The position numbers and the translations under genes are program-made. A stretch of DNA of 64,000 nucleotides from the NCBI RefSeq assembly GCF_018350175.1, contig NC_058368.1:185816001-185880000 (forward strand), read 5' to 3'. Each line of letters begins with the position of its first letter. The stretch's first letter is position 1. The notes below the pieces were generated by a model, which searched no databases, had not been told where the DNA came from, and was given only the letters and a program-made list of their open reading frames with translations. Origin of the DNA: Felis catus. Lineage: Eukaryota. Shown piece after piece: positions 37,282 through 50,794 of the stretch.

Positions 37282-39805
37282 ATCATCTGTGAAGAATGAA
37301 AGTTCACCCTCTTCTTTACCAATTTGTATGCCTTTTATTTCTTTTTGTTTTCTGATTGCTCAGGCTAGGACTTCCAGTACTCTGTTGTACAGCAATGGTG
37401 GACATGGTCATCCCTGTCATGTTCCTGACCTTAGGGGGAAAACTCTGTTTTTCCCCTTGAGGATGATATTAGCTGGGTATCTTTCTTTACGGCCTTTATA
37501 GTATTGAGGTATGCTCCATCTATCCCTACTTCCTGGAAGATTTTTATCAAGTAAGGATGATATATTTTGTCAAATGTTTTTTCCTGCCTCTATCGAGAGT
37601 ATCATATGATTCTTATCCTTTCTTTTATGGTGGTTTATCATGTTGATTTATTTGTAAATATGGAACCAACCCTCAAGCCCAGGAATCAACCCCACTTTAT
37701 CATATTAATAATTCTTTTAGTGTACTGTTGAATTTGATTTGCTAGTATCTTGTTGAGAATTTTTGCTTCCAATTTTATCAGGGATATTGGCCTGTAATTC
37801 TCCTTTTTAGTGGGGTCTCTTTCTATTTTGGGAATCAATAATTCTGGCTTCATAGAATGAGTTTGGATGATTTCCTTCCATTTCTATTTTTTGGAACAGT
37901 TTCAGAAGAATAGGTATTAACTCTTCTTTAACTGTCTGGTAGAATTCCCCTGGGAAGCCGTCTGGCCCAGGACTCTTGTTTGTTGGGAGATTTCTGATAA
38001 CTTATTCAATTTCTTTGCTGGTTATGGGCCTGTTCAAATTTTCTATTTCTTCCTGTTTCAGTTTTGGTAATGTGTGAATTCCTAGGAATTTGTCCACTTC
38101 TTCCAGATTGTCCAGTTTTTTGGCATATAATTTTTCATACTATTCTCTTATAATTTTTTGTATTTCTGTGGCATTGTTTATGATCTATCCTGTTTCATTT
38201 ATGACTTTATCTCTTTGGGTCCTCTTTTTGAGAGGTCTGGCTAGGGTTTATCAATTTTGTTTATTCTTTCACAGAACCAGCATTTAGTTTCATCGACCTG
38301 TTCTACTGGTTTGTTTTTTTGTTTGTTTTTTTCTATATTGTCTATTTCTGCTCTAACCTTTATTATTTGCCTCCTTCTGCAGGCTTTAGGCTTCACTTGC
38401 TGCTCCTTTCTAGCTCCTTTAGGTGTAAGTTTAGGTCGTGTATTTGGGACCTTTCTTGCTTCTTGAGATAGGCCTGAATTGCAATGTACTTTCCCCTTAG
38501 AACTGCTTTAGCTGCATCCCAAAGGGTTCAGACTGCTGTGTTTTCATTCTCATTTGCTTCCATTTATTTTTTTAATTCCTTCTTTAATTTCCTTGTTAAG
38601 CCATTCATTCTTCAGTAAGATATTCTTTAACCTCCATGTATTCGAGGACTTTCCAAATTTTTTCTTGTATTTGATTTCAGGTTTCATAGTTGTGATCTGA
38701 AAATATGCATGGTCTCTTCTCAGTCTTCTCAGTCTTTTTGTACCTTTTCAGGGCTGATATGTGACCCCATATGTGATCTGTTCTGGAGAATATTCTATGT
38801 GCATTTGAAAACAATGTGTATTCTGCTTTAGGATAAAATGTTCTGAATATATCTATTAAGCCCATCTGGGACAGTGTGTTATTCAAAGTTTTTGTTTTCT
38901 TGTTGATTTAAAGGAAATTATTAGATCGCCAAGGATGACTTAAATGATTCCATGAAATGAAGCAATAACCTTATCATAAGAATTCCAAATAAAGAGCGGG
39001 GAACTGGGGCAGAAGATTTATTTGAATAAATTATAGATGAGAACTTCCCTAATCTGGGATAAGAAACTGGCATTCATGTCTAAGAGGCACAGAGGACTCC
39101 TCAAAATCAACAAAAACAAGTCAACACCATGACATATCATGCAAAATACAAAGATAAAGAGAGAATTCTGAAAGCAACTAGAGAGAAAAGGTCCTTAACC
39201 TTACAAGGGTAGACACATAAGGTTTGCAGCAGACCTGCCTACTAAAATTTGGCAGGCAAGCAGGGGGTGGCAGGAAATTTTTAATGTGCTGAATGGGAAA
39301 ACTAGGCAGCCAATACTTCTTTATCCAGCAAGGCTGTCATTCAGAATAGAAGGAAAGAAAGTTGAAAAGTTTCCCAGTCACAAAAAACTAAGGGAGTTCA
39401 TGACCATTAAACCAGCCCTGCAAGAAATTTTAAGGGACACTTTCTGAGTGGAGAAAAAAAAAAAAAGACCAAGGCAACAGAGACTACAAAGGACCAGAGA
39501 ATATCACCAGAAGCACCTACTCTACAGTTAACACAATGGCACTAAATTCATACATTTCAGTAATCACTCTGAATGTAAATGAACTAAATCCTCCAATAAA
39601 AAGGCATAGGGTATCATAATGAATTTAAAAAAAAACACAAACAACAACAACAACAAAGCAAGATCCATGTAAATACTGCCTATAAGGTACTCATTTTATG
39701 CCTAAAGACAACTACACACTGAAAGTGAGGGGGTGGAGGATCACCTATTATGCTAATGGAAGTAAAAAGAAAGCCAGAGTAGCCATACTTAGACAAACTA
39801 GATTT

Positions 39806-39993
39806 TATTTTATTTTTTTAATGTTTATTTTTGGGAGTGAGATACAGTGCATGACAGTAGGGGAGGGGCAGAGAAAGACAGGATCCAAAGGGGGCTCTAC
39901 ACTGACAGCAGAGATGGGGCTCAAACTCACAAACTGTGAGATTATGACCTGAACCAAAGTTGGACACTCATCTGACTGAGCCACCCAGGCACA
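39806..39993 (-). mobile_element. Carnivore SINE inside the inverted L1 segment
   Basis: 'ggggctcaaactcacaaactgtgagattatgacctgaacc..gactgagccacccaggc'. Confidence 0.9.
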
Positions 39994-40177
39994 CAAAAAT
40001 TTTAAACAAAGACTGTAGCAAGAGATGAAGAAGGGCATTATAGTATAATTAAGGGGTCTCTCCATCAAGAAGATCTAATAATTGTAGATATTTATGCCCC
40101 CAACTTGATAGAACCCAAATATATAAATCAACTAATCACAAATGTGAAGAAACTCATTCATAATAATACCATAATAG

Positions 40178-40375
40178 GGGGGCGTATTGTGACTGATGGC
40201 TCAGTCAGTTAAGCACCTGACTTTGGCTCAGGTCATGATCTCATGGTTTGTGAGTTCGAGCCCCATGTTGGGCTCTGTGCTGACAGCTCAGAGCCTAGAG
40301 TCTGCTTTGAATTCTGTGTCTCTTTCTCTCTCTGCCCCTCCCCCACTTGTGCTCTCTCAAAAATAAATAAATGTA
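40178..40375 (+). mobile_element. Carnivore SINE inside the inverted L1 segment
   Basis: 16-bp TSD aataataccataatag at 40162-40177 and 40376-40391. Confidence 0.93.
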
Positions 40376-40913
40376 AATAATACCATAATAGTAGGAGATT
40401 TTAATACTCTACTTATAACAATGGACAGATCATCTAAACATTGATTTTTTTTTAATAGTGATTTTTAATGTTGCATTCCTGAGATCAAGTTCAGTTTGGT
40501 CATGATATTTTATGTTTTTTATTTATTGCTGGGTTATTTTGCTGGTATCTTATTGAGGATTTTAGCATCTGTGTTTATGATTTATATTTTCCTGTGGCTT
40601 TATTTTCTTGTACTGTTTTTGCCTGATTTTGGTTTGAGGACAATCATCAAATCATAAATTAGTTGGTAAACATTCCTTTTTCTTATATTTTCTGAAAGAT
40701 TCTTTGTAAGATTTGTATTTTTTTCTTTAAACGTCTCGTAGGTTTTAGTGAGATCATCTAGACTTGACATTTTCATAAAGGGTTTTATCTGTGAATTCAG
40801 TCTGTTAGATATAGGACTATTTAGATTATTTGTCTTATTAAGAGAATTTCCTGTTATATGTCTTTCAAGGAAATGGCCCATCTTCCTCAGGACAAACTTA
40901 TGTTCATGGTGTT

Positions 40914-41276
40914 TGTGATAGACTAAATGGTTATGCCTCTTTCTGATTCTTATTTAGAAACCCTAATTCCAATGTGATGGTATTTGGAGATGGGGCCTTT
41001 GGGAGATAATTAGATCATGATGGTAGAACCTCCAGGAATGAAATTATTGCCCTTATCAGAAAGGACCAGAGAGCTAACTAGGTATTTCCTCACCATTGGA
41101 TGATACAGCAATAAAATAGCCATCTGTAAAACAGAAGGAGGGTCCTTGCCAAGAACCTGACCATGCTGGAACCTGATATGGGTCTGTAGGTTATCAGAAC
41201 TATGAGTAATAAATTCATGTTGTTGATAAACCAAACATTTTATGATATTTTTAAATAACAGCCCATGCTAAGGTCA
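40914..41276 (+). mobile_element. MaLR LTR (MLT1A/MST-like)
   Basis: 'tgtgatagactaaatgg..aatgtgatggtatttggagatggggcctttgggagataattagatcatga..gaactatgagtaataaattc'. Confidence 0.85.
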
Positions 41277-41999
41277 TGTTGTTCCTAGTATTCCCTTATT
41301 AAATTTTAATGTTGTGCAGTTTATAGAAATATTCCTTCTTTTATTCTTGATATTAGAACTTGATGTTTACTCATTTTCTTTGTCAGACTGGCTATAGTTT
41401 TACCAGTTTTGTTGATGTTGACAAAGAACCAGTCTTGATTTTGTTTTCTCTATTGTTTTTCCATTTTCAATTTCTCTGATATTTGTTCATGTTTTTATTT
41501 CATTTTTATGCATGCTTTGGGTTTATATTGTTTCTCTTTTTCTAGATTCTTAAGACACAAGCTTAAATTGATGGTTTGAGGTTTGTCCTTTAAAAATATA
41601 TATATATGCATTTAATGCTATACATTTTGATAACTCATGACTTTGGTACATCCCACAACTTCTGATATGATGTATTTCTTTTTCATTTAATTCAAAACAT
41701 TTTTGAATTTCTCTTGAGACTTGCTCTTTGGCACAGTAATTACAGAAATGTGTTGTATAATTTTCAAATACCTAGAGGTTTCCAGATATTTTTCTATTTT
41801 TGATTTCTAGTTAAATTCCATTAGGCAACAAGATAAAATTTGTATAATTTCACTTTTTAGTAAATTTGTCAATTTTTTGTGACCTAGAATATGTTCTATT
41901 TTGGTGAATATTTCATATGCACCTGAAAAGAATGTGTATCTCAGGCTGTTGGGTTGAGGGTTGTATATATCTCATTTGGGTGAAGATAATTGATAGAAG

Positions 42000-42839
42000 T
42001 TCTGACACTGATCTCACTTCTGATTGCTAACTTAAATTTTCAGTACACAATCTAGTGTTTGTAGAGGTGGCTTTTTTTTTTAACACCAAGCAATTCTCTA
42101 GGCACCACTAGGGTATTCTACAATTCAGCTCAATTCTGATACTGTCTACCTAGAGATAGTATCAGATCCCACGGGTTAAGATAGCATCAGTCTTGTGACA
42201 CCCCCCTCATCAGATCAGGGTGAATGTCTAGATTTTCACCTGGGCTTCTGACTCCCAGGCTGTAGATAGAAACTTCCAATAACCTTCTGCTTATATTCTG
42301 TTAATTTGCTAGAGCTGCTCACAAAACTCTTAAACATTTTACTTAACTAGATTACGGGTTTATCATGAAAGGGTATAACTCAGGAAGAGCAAGATGGAAG
42401 AGATGCATAGGGCTAAGTATGGAGAAAGGAGGAGCTTCCATCCCCTCTCCTAGTATACCACTCTTCCCAAATCTCAACTGTGTTTACCTACCCAGAAGTT
42501 CTCTGAATATCCTCCTTAGGGGATTTTTATAGAGGCCTTAATTACATAGCCACAATTGATTAAATCAATGGCTATTCACAATTAATTGACTCTTCAACTT
42601 TCACCTTCCTAGAGATTGGGAGGATAGGACAGAAAATTCCAATCCCCTAATCACATTATTGGTTCTTCTGGCAATCAGCACCCATCCTTAGATGTGGTTT
42701 AAAGTCATCTTATTAACGTAACAAAAGACACCTCTATTGCTCTCAACTCCTAGGAAACTCCAAGGGTTTTTGGAGCTCTGTAACAGAAATGGAGATGAAA
42801 ACCAAGTATTTATTTCTTATTATAACTCACAATATCACA
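42000..42839 (-). mobile_element. MER21-group ERVL LTR
   Basis: 'ctcaattctgatactgtctacctagagatagtatcagatcccacgggttaag' and terminus 'tatttcttattataactcacaatatcaca'. Confidence 0.8.
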
Positions 42840-45800
42840 AAGTATTGTTCAAGTCTTCTACTTCCTTGATGATTTTCCAGCTACTTGTTCTATCAACTAT
42901 ATTCAAGTGAATGTTGATATCTCTAAATGCATACACAGGTATTTTTAAGTTCTTTTGTTATACATATGCAATTTATACTTATTATATCTTCATGTTGAAA
43001 CATTCTTTTTATCACTATACAATATCCCTCTTTATTCTGGTAATTTTCCTTTCTCTAGTCACTCCAGCTTTCTTTTGATTAGTATTTACACAGTATAACA
43101 TTTGCTACCTTTTTTTTACTTTAATCTGTCAATATAACTATATTTAAAGTGAGTTTTGCATAAACAGCAAATATTTGAATATTTTTAATCCAATCTAATT
43201 ATCACTGTCTTTAAATTGGTGGTCTTAGATAACTTGTATTTTATGTAATACTAATGCATTCAGATTTAGATTACCCTTTTAATATTTTTTTCTATTTCAC
43301 CTGTTCTTTATTTTTTAATCTTTTTTGCCTTCTTCGGATTTTGAGAATAACTTTAGAATTCCATTTTAATATATCCATTGAATTTTTCACTATATATTTT
43401 TTATTTATTTTACTGATGGGATTTATCATATCCACTTGCCAATTTTCACACTTAACACAGAGTCAATACTTTACACATTTATGTGAAATGTGGAACTCTT
43501 ACAGTCTTTTAAATCTCTTTACTCTCCTTATGTTACAATTGTCCTATGCTTTCTATCTGGATAAGTTGAATTTCCATCAGCCAGTCTTAAATATGTATTA
43601 TCAACTGTCACACATACTTAAAGGAGAAAGATAGTCTATTATATTTACAAATATATTTACTTTTTAAAAATTTTATTTCCTAATTTATCATGTTTTCTTC
43701 TGGCAATCATTTCCCTTTTGCCTGAAAAACTGTCTTAGTATTTCCTTTAGAACAGTGTTGCTAGAAAGAGATTGTTTTAGTTTTTCTTCATCTTAAAATA
43801 TTTTTGTTTTACCCTCATTTCTGAAGGATATTTTTTCTGGATACAGAATTCTTGGTTAACAATTATTTGCTTTTGGCACTTAAAAAATGTGTTCAACTGC
43901 CTGCTGGCTCCCATGGTCTGTGATAAAAAATCAACAATCATTAAAATTACTGTTTCCCATGTATATTACATACCATTTTTCTGTGTATTTTAAAGGTTTT
44001 GGTTGTTTTCTTTTGACCTTGGTGTTAATCAGTTTGATTAGGAAGTGTATGGATATAGTTTTTTTTAAGAGCTTGTACTGTTCGTAGTTCACAGAGTTTC
44101 TTAAATCTGCAGATTTTTTCTTTCATAAAATTTGGGAAGTTTTAAGATACTATTTTTCTATTTTCAGGGGGTAGGACACAAACTTTCTCCTATACTTATG
44201 TGACTACAACAACACATATAAGAGATCTTTTGGTATTGTTCCACAAGTCCATAAGGCTTTGATCATTATGTTTTTCAATCTTTTCCTCTCTGTTATTCAG
44301 AATGAGTTATTTCCATTAGTTTACACTTAAGTTCACAGAATCTTTCCTTTATAATTTACAATCTCCCATCGAGTCCTTCACGTGAGATTTTTATTTTGGT
44401 TGTTGTATTTTTCAAGTTTCAGAATTTTCACTTTTTAAGTAACTTACACTTCTAAAATTTTCAAGCTTTGTGTTTATTGCAAGAGTTCTTACTTTTAATT
44501 CAAGAAAGTTGATTATGGTAACTGTTTTTAAATCTGTGTCACCTCATTCCAGCATATGTCTGTGTGTTTGGCATCTGTTGATTTCCTTTTACCTTGAATG
44601 TTGTTGAAATGTTCACGTTTCTTTGTATGTCAATTTTGTATTGTGTCCCAAGTATTTGAAATATTACCTCCTAAGTCATTAAAGTCCTTTATAGAATGTT
44701 GACTTGTTTGTTTTAACAATTTTGTCTGGTCTAGGTTTTAACTCCTGTCTTATGTAAGCTGTGATTCAAATGTCAGTTCAGTTTTTAAAGAGTTAGTTTG
44801 CTGTTGGAATTCACCCTTATTATGTGTCACCCACGGACTTGTCTGGGAACTGGATGGTGGCCTACAGCATACATTTGTTCTCAACTCATTTGATTTTGGG
44901 ATCATTTCTACAGTTTCATAGTTTGGATTTAATATATAGCTTTTCTTCTTGATCTTTTGGCAAAATTTCTTTTTTTCCATAATCTACCCATTTTATTGTC
45001 TTTCAGAGGCTACCATTCTTGTTTTCTGGCCAGAAAGCAGAATTTTAAGTTCTCGCATACTGTTGCAAATCTCCTGCGAACATTTTTTTTTCCCTCCAGG
45101 GCAAATAAGTGAACCTGGTTGCTGCTACCAATCCCTACATCACAGAATTGAAGTCTGAGGACTAGCTTATGCCTCCAAGTCAGGGAGAGTTGGGAGAGAA
45201 AAATGAAACACAGTATATTCACCATTCTCTCTTCCTGAGGCTCCCTCTCCCAGTCCTCTGGCCAAAGAGAGAGGGTTTTCCATGGCCACACTTCAGGCAG
45301 TCACCCATTCAGACTGCTCTGTGTTCAAGAAGGATGATGGAAGGGTAAAAATTAAAAAAAAAGAAAGCTGGCCACTGTGCTAGTCTTTCTCCAAGTTTTG
45401 ATTTTCCTCTCCAATTTACTAGCTATTACTTACTTTTCACGGTTTTTGGATCAATGTTTTAAACATCCATCCAGAGTTTTAAATTGTAATAAATGGAAGA
45501 GGTAGGCTGTTTAATCTACCTTAACCATACCAGAATCTTGCTGCATTGTCATTTGAATATATATCTTAAAAAATAATCTTCTTGTCCTAGAAACTTTGAG
45601 AATTAACTGTAAACTAAGGAGATAAATAGGACGGAGAATCCTTATTTCAGTTATCACAACATCTACAACAATACAAGTAGAATTCATTAATCTCCATGAT
45701 CTTTGGGTTCTTACATTGTATTTCATATTAATGCTAAATGAGGTGAAGGATCACCAGGGTTAGTGGCAAACACAAAATTAATTAAAATTTCATTACCTGG

Positions 45801-46619
45801 GTAGCAAAGATATTCTTTTGTTTTGCCACTTGCATAGCCTTACTTCTTCAAAAAGATTAAGTTTCCAATAAAGTGAGAAAACACAAAGTGGACACTTCTG
45901 TGTTTAATTCTGAAAGAGAGCACCAATTCCAATTATATTTCCAAGCAGAAATGCCTATTTACCTACCATGGAAGCTACTTAACTGTTTTTCCCTCATTTC
46001 TTGGGTCTACCAGATGAGATTGTGTGGGGGATTGCCAGTTTCCAATACAGAGAATATACCCTAATAGATTCACATTTGAAGGAGCTGCAGGAGGCTGGTG
46101 TCAATCTAGCATTTTATTAAGGAGACAGCATATGTGAATTGCTATGCAGCAGATGTGTGTATATATGAGGCTCAACTCAGTAGAACATTTCTACAATTTC
46201 CTTCAAGGGGTAAAAAAGATGAATAAAAAAAAAAGCCTAGCAATTGTTAATCTGGATCTATAAACAGCAACCCAGTTTGTTCTCCAAAAGCTTCCAGATG
46301 CTTTATTTGGAAATTTGGAAAATTTTACTGAAACATTCTTTTCAGACGATTTTTCTCCCTTAGAGTGTGATATATATCCTACCCACTTAAGTAAAAAGAT
46401 ATTTAGTTAATAATTCATTTAAATGATCAATATTCACATACAGACCTCAAGTGATTTAAAATAGTTTACAGGAAGAATGATCCAAAAGATTTTGAACGAG
46501 GGCAAGAAGCAACCTGGATATTGTTTTCCAAATCCTCCTGTTATATATTCCTTTTTCTGAGATTCACAGAATGACATCCTTGGCACTCATATTATTAACT
46601 TATTGGTGTTATCATTTTT

Positions 46620-46865
46620 GTTAATAATAACTTTTTGGAGCACTTAGTATATGCTGGGAAGAGAACTAAATGTCTTATATACACTTAGTTCTCACAATAA
46701 CTGCATACATCATAGACTATTGTTACTTTCACTTTTAAGAAAAGTAACTGAAGCTTAGAGAAGTTAATTGCTCAAAGACTACTAGATATAAAGCAGCAAA
46801 ACCAGGATGTGCATACTGTTCTATACGACTCCAATGTTCATACTCTTAACCACTATAGCATACTT
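46620..46865 (-). mobile_element. MIR
   Basis: 'gagcacttagtatatgctgg..ttctcacaataac..aactgaagcttagagaagttaattgctcaaag..tactcttaaccactata'. Confidence 0.75.
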
Positions 46866-47784
46866 CCTTTAAATTCATCCAAAGAAGTTGAAGGCTAATA
46901 ATAAATTAATTATTAACCTCCCCAAAACAAATATTTGAACTTAAATCAAGTTCTCAATACTGAAGGCCTAGAAGGCCTGGTTACTAAGGGAGTTTCAAGC
47001 AGGTTGGTAGCTGATATAATTTGAATTAGAGGTATTTTTCAGGAGCTTTCACATCATAAATACCAGGTAATTTACAATTGCATTTTTTAATAGGTTCCAT
47101 CTCGGTTAGTACCATGTTCAATCCCCAATACTGTGTGACATTGCACGGGGAAACTATTCCAAATCAGTGTGGTTCTTTCTGTGGATATGAATCAGTTGTA
47201 CTTGTGTGGTTGAGATTATACACATCTAGTACAGGATTTACCAAAGTGTAAATTATAACTTAGCGATGTGTTCAGAAAATATGATTTAGTAGATGGTACC
47301 AACATTAAAATATAGGGAGGGAAAGAGAAAAAGAAAGGAATACGAGAATAGAAAGTATCAGTATGTATTATGAGAGCTAGTTACTGTTTCATAAAATATT
47401 TGTACCTGTTATAAGTGCTAACATTCACTCCAGCAGGACCAGCTGAACTAGTTGTTACAATGATGAAGTATTTTTCCATAGTTGGCGTAAGTCAAGGACT
47501 CCTTTGACCCCTAGTGCCCTCTGTCTTTGGACACAACACCTCCCGTGGGCCCTCCCATTAAAGCTCTTCAGAGTCTAAAAGATAAAGTGTTTTCCTGATG
47601 AATTAAGGTCTTCTAGCAATACCACTCCTGTCTGTTTTGATCTGTGTCCGTGCCAGAATGTTTCATATATATTCCCAATAACATCTGTGTGTATATTCGG
47701 GTACTAAATTGTGATTTAAAATGTATATTTTTCTAAGGATCATGGCAAACATAATTTCAATCCCCCAAGTTAGTTAATCTATGC

Positions 47785-48018
47785 CATGGTTCCCAATCAG
47801 GAAGAGTTTGTCCTCTTGGGGAATATTTGGCCATGTCTGGAGACATTTTTGGGCATTTCACAAGTAGAAATGGGAGAATGGAGGACTGGACTGTCATTGG
47901 CAACCAGTGGTTAAAGGGCCAAGAATACTGCTAAATAACCACTGTGCAACACACAGCCTTTCATAACCAAGGAGTGTCTGCCCCCAAATGTCACTAGTGC
48001 TGAGACCGGAAAACCCTG
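47785..48018 (+). mobile_element. MER20 hAT-Charlie DNA transposon
   Basis: 'atttggccatgtctggagacattttt..actgctaaa..gcccccaaatgtcactagtgctgagaccggaaaaccctg'. Confidence 0.85.
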
Positions 48019-50180
48019 GTCTGTCAGTATATATGGAGATGCAATTTTCCATTTTCTTGTATATAACATGCTATAGTTATTATTCTAAACCTTTTTATCA
48101 CAAATAGATTTTAATTTTCTCTATTTTCTAAATTATGTTGCTTGAGCAAGATGTTTACTGTGAGATTTGGAGAGTTCTGTTCTTGACTTGCGCATACTTT
48201 TCATTTTATTTTCTGTTGTATCTAGATTGTGAAATGTCTTCCTTCTTGTTTGAGTTCTGATTTTCAGGACAGCTCCCACAAAATTATAGTTATTACAATC
48301 TCTGATTGGTTTCAAAGGATTTTCATCACCTGGATGAGGAATGAGTGTTTGTTTTCCTGATGAGAACTGTGAATAACCCTGGCACAGCCACTCCTCTGTG
48401 TACTGCTGAGTTTATAGGCTATGACTGGGTAAATATTCACAAATTGGCAGTGGATTACTCCTTTATACTATGCAAATTGTAATGTTAGGTTTAGGATAAC
48501 TGCTACAAAGCTATTTTATTGAATTTTACAGTTTCCATTTAAACATGTCTTGTAATATTTTTTTCTGGAAATAATTGAAGCAAGCAACAAATTTAAAAAA
48601 GAAAATTAGTTTCTGCTATCTCTCTTGTTTATGATATTGTGTTTTTGTTGCCAACATGTTTCTTTTTAACTTAAAAAATAAAAAATAATGCATGTGCATG
48701 GACAAAAGATGAAATATTTTAGACCCTAAGCCACTATTGAATTTGTAGGGAGTTAACACTCTACAAGTTGAAAAATTACATTTGTTTTACAGAAATAGGG
48801 TTATACTTATAGAAATATGTTGGAAATTTTTTTCATATCAACATGGATACATCAACCTTAGTTTCACATTGTGATTATATCATAATTTAACTATAAGTAA
48901 AGTATGTATACACTATGAGTATAATATATCATATTTTAATGTACTCATATCTCTTACTAAGGTATATTTGGTTCTCCTATTGTAAATAATGCTTTATTAA
49001 ACACCATTTTACATTTTTTTTCAGGTATATCTGTAGAATCAGTTTCTAACAATGAAACCAATATGTAAAGTGGGATACTAACATTTATGTTGATATAAAT
49101 TGTTAAATTGGTTAAATCTGATTTTTGAGACTAGGTTAGTTAAAACATTAACAATGCTAGAGAAGGAAAAAATTTGTGGGGTTGAGATAAATAAAAGCTT
49201 GCAAATTAGTTTCTTTCTCTTTAGATTTGAGAGAAAAATTGAAGCTTTGATAGGATAATAATAAAGAACATAAAAATTCTCCTTAGAGACCTCTTGTAGT
49301 TTGAATTTTTATGTTATAGTCCTGTAGTATCTGAGTTTTCTACTGTTTTAATTTCCTTAAATCTTGTTCTAAGCTGTATTTTTTTTGAATAGGTACTGAT
49401 ATTTGTGTTTACTATTTAGTTAAATAGTATTAAATAGAAGAAGAGTGATTATTATAATCATATGCTATGAGCTAAGATTCACTTATTTGAATATGAATTT
49501 TATTCAAATTCAAACCACTAAGCCATGACCTGGGCACCAGTGTTCCCTCGCTGGCAGCTTGATCCAATTACATAAATAATGTGCAGGAGGAAATGAATAG
49601 CCTCATGTGTGTCAAAATATTAAATGATAGCAAATGGAATATTTAGTGGTTAAGTATCCTTTTTTTTTTTAATTCAGTGATGTACAGTCTAACAATTTAC
49701 TTCCAACTTCATTAATAGCTGCTTACCATAAGATTGTTTTAATAAAAGTAGTTTCACAGATTGGGATGTAGGAGGCATGTTTACTGAAAACTAAATTATG
49801 ATAAGAAAGAAACAAGGCTGCTATCTTTTTTCTCTCTTCTTTGACTCAAGTATGTGACATTGTTTTGAAGACAGTTTAGTCCCAGTTTGTTAAGAGATGG
49901 TAAATCTAGTGAAAATTTTATCAATCCAAATCAAACATAAGAAGGAAGTTAGGGATAAAGGTCAGAGCTTCTACCCATGAATGAAAGCTACAACTATGTT
50001 GAGACACAAGGAAATGCGAATTATTTTTCAAAGCAAAGAGAACTACAGAATGACTCTCTGAGTGGTGTTTATCAGTATATTTTATTCATTTTCTTTACTT
50101 GATGTCATGGGACCAGTCTGTTACTTTTGTAGGATTTGCTTTATTGTTACACTTTTTTTTCTTTTTCCATTGCATTCTAC

Positions 50181-50393
50181 TTTTTTTTTTTTAATGTTTA
50201 TTTTTGAGAGAGAGAGAGTGTGTGTGCAAACAGGGGAGGGACAGAGAGAGAGAGAGAGACAGAGAATCTAAAGCAGGCTACAGGCTCAGAGATGTCAGCA
50301 TGGAGCCCAACGTGGGGCTCAAACTCACTAACTGCGAGATCACGACCTGATCTAAAGTCGGACACTTAACCAACAGAGTCACCCAGGTGCCCC
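50181..50393 (-). mobile_element. Carnivore SINE
   Basis: Poly-T tail, GA tract and head '..gtcacccaggtgcccc'. Degenerate TSD ccattgcattcta/ccattgggttcta. Confidence 0.92.
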
Positions 50394-50794
50394 CCATTGG
50401 GTTCTATTCTAACTAGTGTGGTTTTCAGGATCTGATTGCTATTCCTTATTGGCTCTTTAAAATAATCACTACATATTTATTGCAGCAGTCCAAAGTTTAT
50501 CTTCATTCATAGTGCGTATACATCTTCATCTAATAGTACTATTTTTTGATGCATTGTATTGAAATTTCTCAAAGGGCAACAACTTTGTTGCTGTAAATTT
50601 TCTGCTTTGTGTCTAGTCTTGTGTCCTTTGCCAGTTGGCACTTCATTAATTATATTCTCACAAAGCATTATGAACTGCTCACATTTCTGGAAGAGAAGGA
50701 CAAGTTAAGAGGTATGACTTCTAAAATTAAGGCTGTAAACTGCCACCTGGAAGATTCTGAAAATAGAGATTAAGTTAAAACTACAAGGAATGTG

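Larger units (their letters stand above)
35470..38910 (-). mobile_element. Carnivore L1, non-inverted 3' segment (ORF2 from mid-endonuclease to 3' UTR)
   Basis: ORF-track frames 38677-38886, 36943-37281 ([19 protein letters not shown]), 36383-36949 (ILPRAIY..KTVWYWHK..LFSKWCWENW) and 35921-36175 ([26 protein letters not shown]) are L1 ORF2 peptides. Confidence 0.95.
38911..40440 (+). mobile_element. Carnivore L1, inverted 5' segment (ORF1 3' half + ORF2 endonuclease start)
   Basis: ORF1 motifs 'gagaacttccctaatctgg' and 'ctttatccagcaaggctgtcattcagaatagaagg'. ORF2 start 'atggcactaaattcatacatttcagtaatcactctgaatgtaaat'. Ends 'atggacagatcatctaaaca'. Confidence 0.9.
40441..45540 (-). mobile_element. 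Old mammalian L1M (ORF2 part, ORF1, 5' region) with nested LTRs
   Basis: T-rich antisense L1 motifs: 'tattgaggattttagcatctgtgttt', 'gacctagaatatgttctattttggtgaat..gcacctgaaaagaatgtg', 'ttctgaaggatattttttctggatacagaattcttggtt'. Confidence 0.75.

Noticed and set aside
24250..45540. Possible ancient segmental duplication (two minus-strand L1M blocks, each holding an MLT1 and a MER21-like LTR)
   Set aside because: The nested LTRs sit at different positions within the host L1 and differ in sequence type, so independent insertions explain the resemblance.
47416..47492. Possible small exon (TGCTAAC branch-like motif, ttcactccag acceptor, GC/GTAAGT donor)
   Set aside because: The branch point is too close to the AG and the pyrimidine tract is short. 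The 50/53-nt length is not frame-preserving and the peptide is unrecognised. RNA-seq would be needed to support it.
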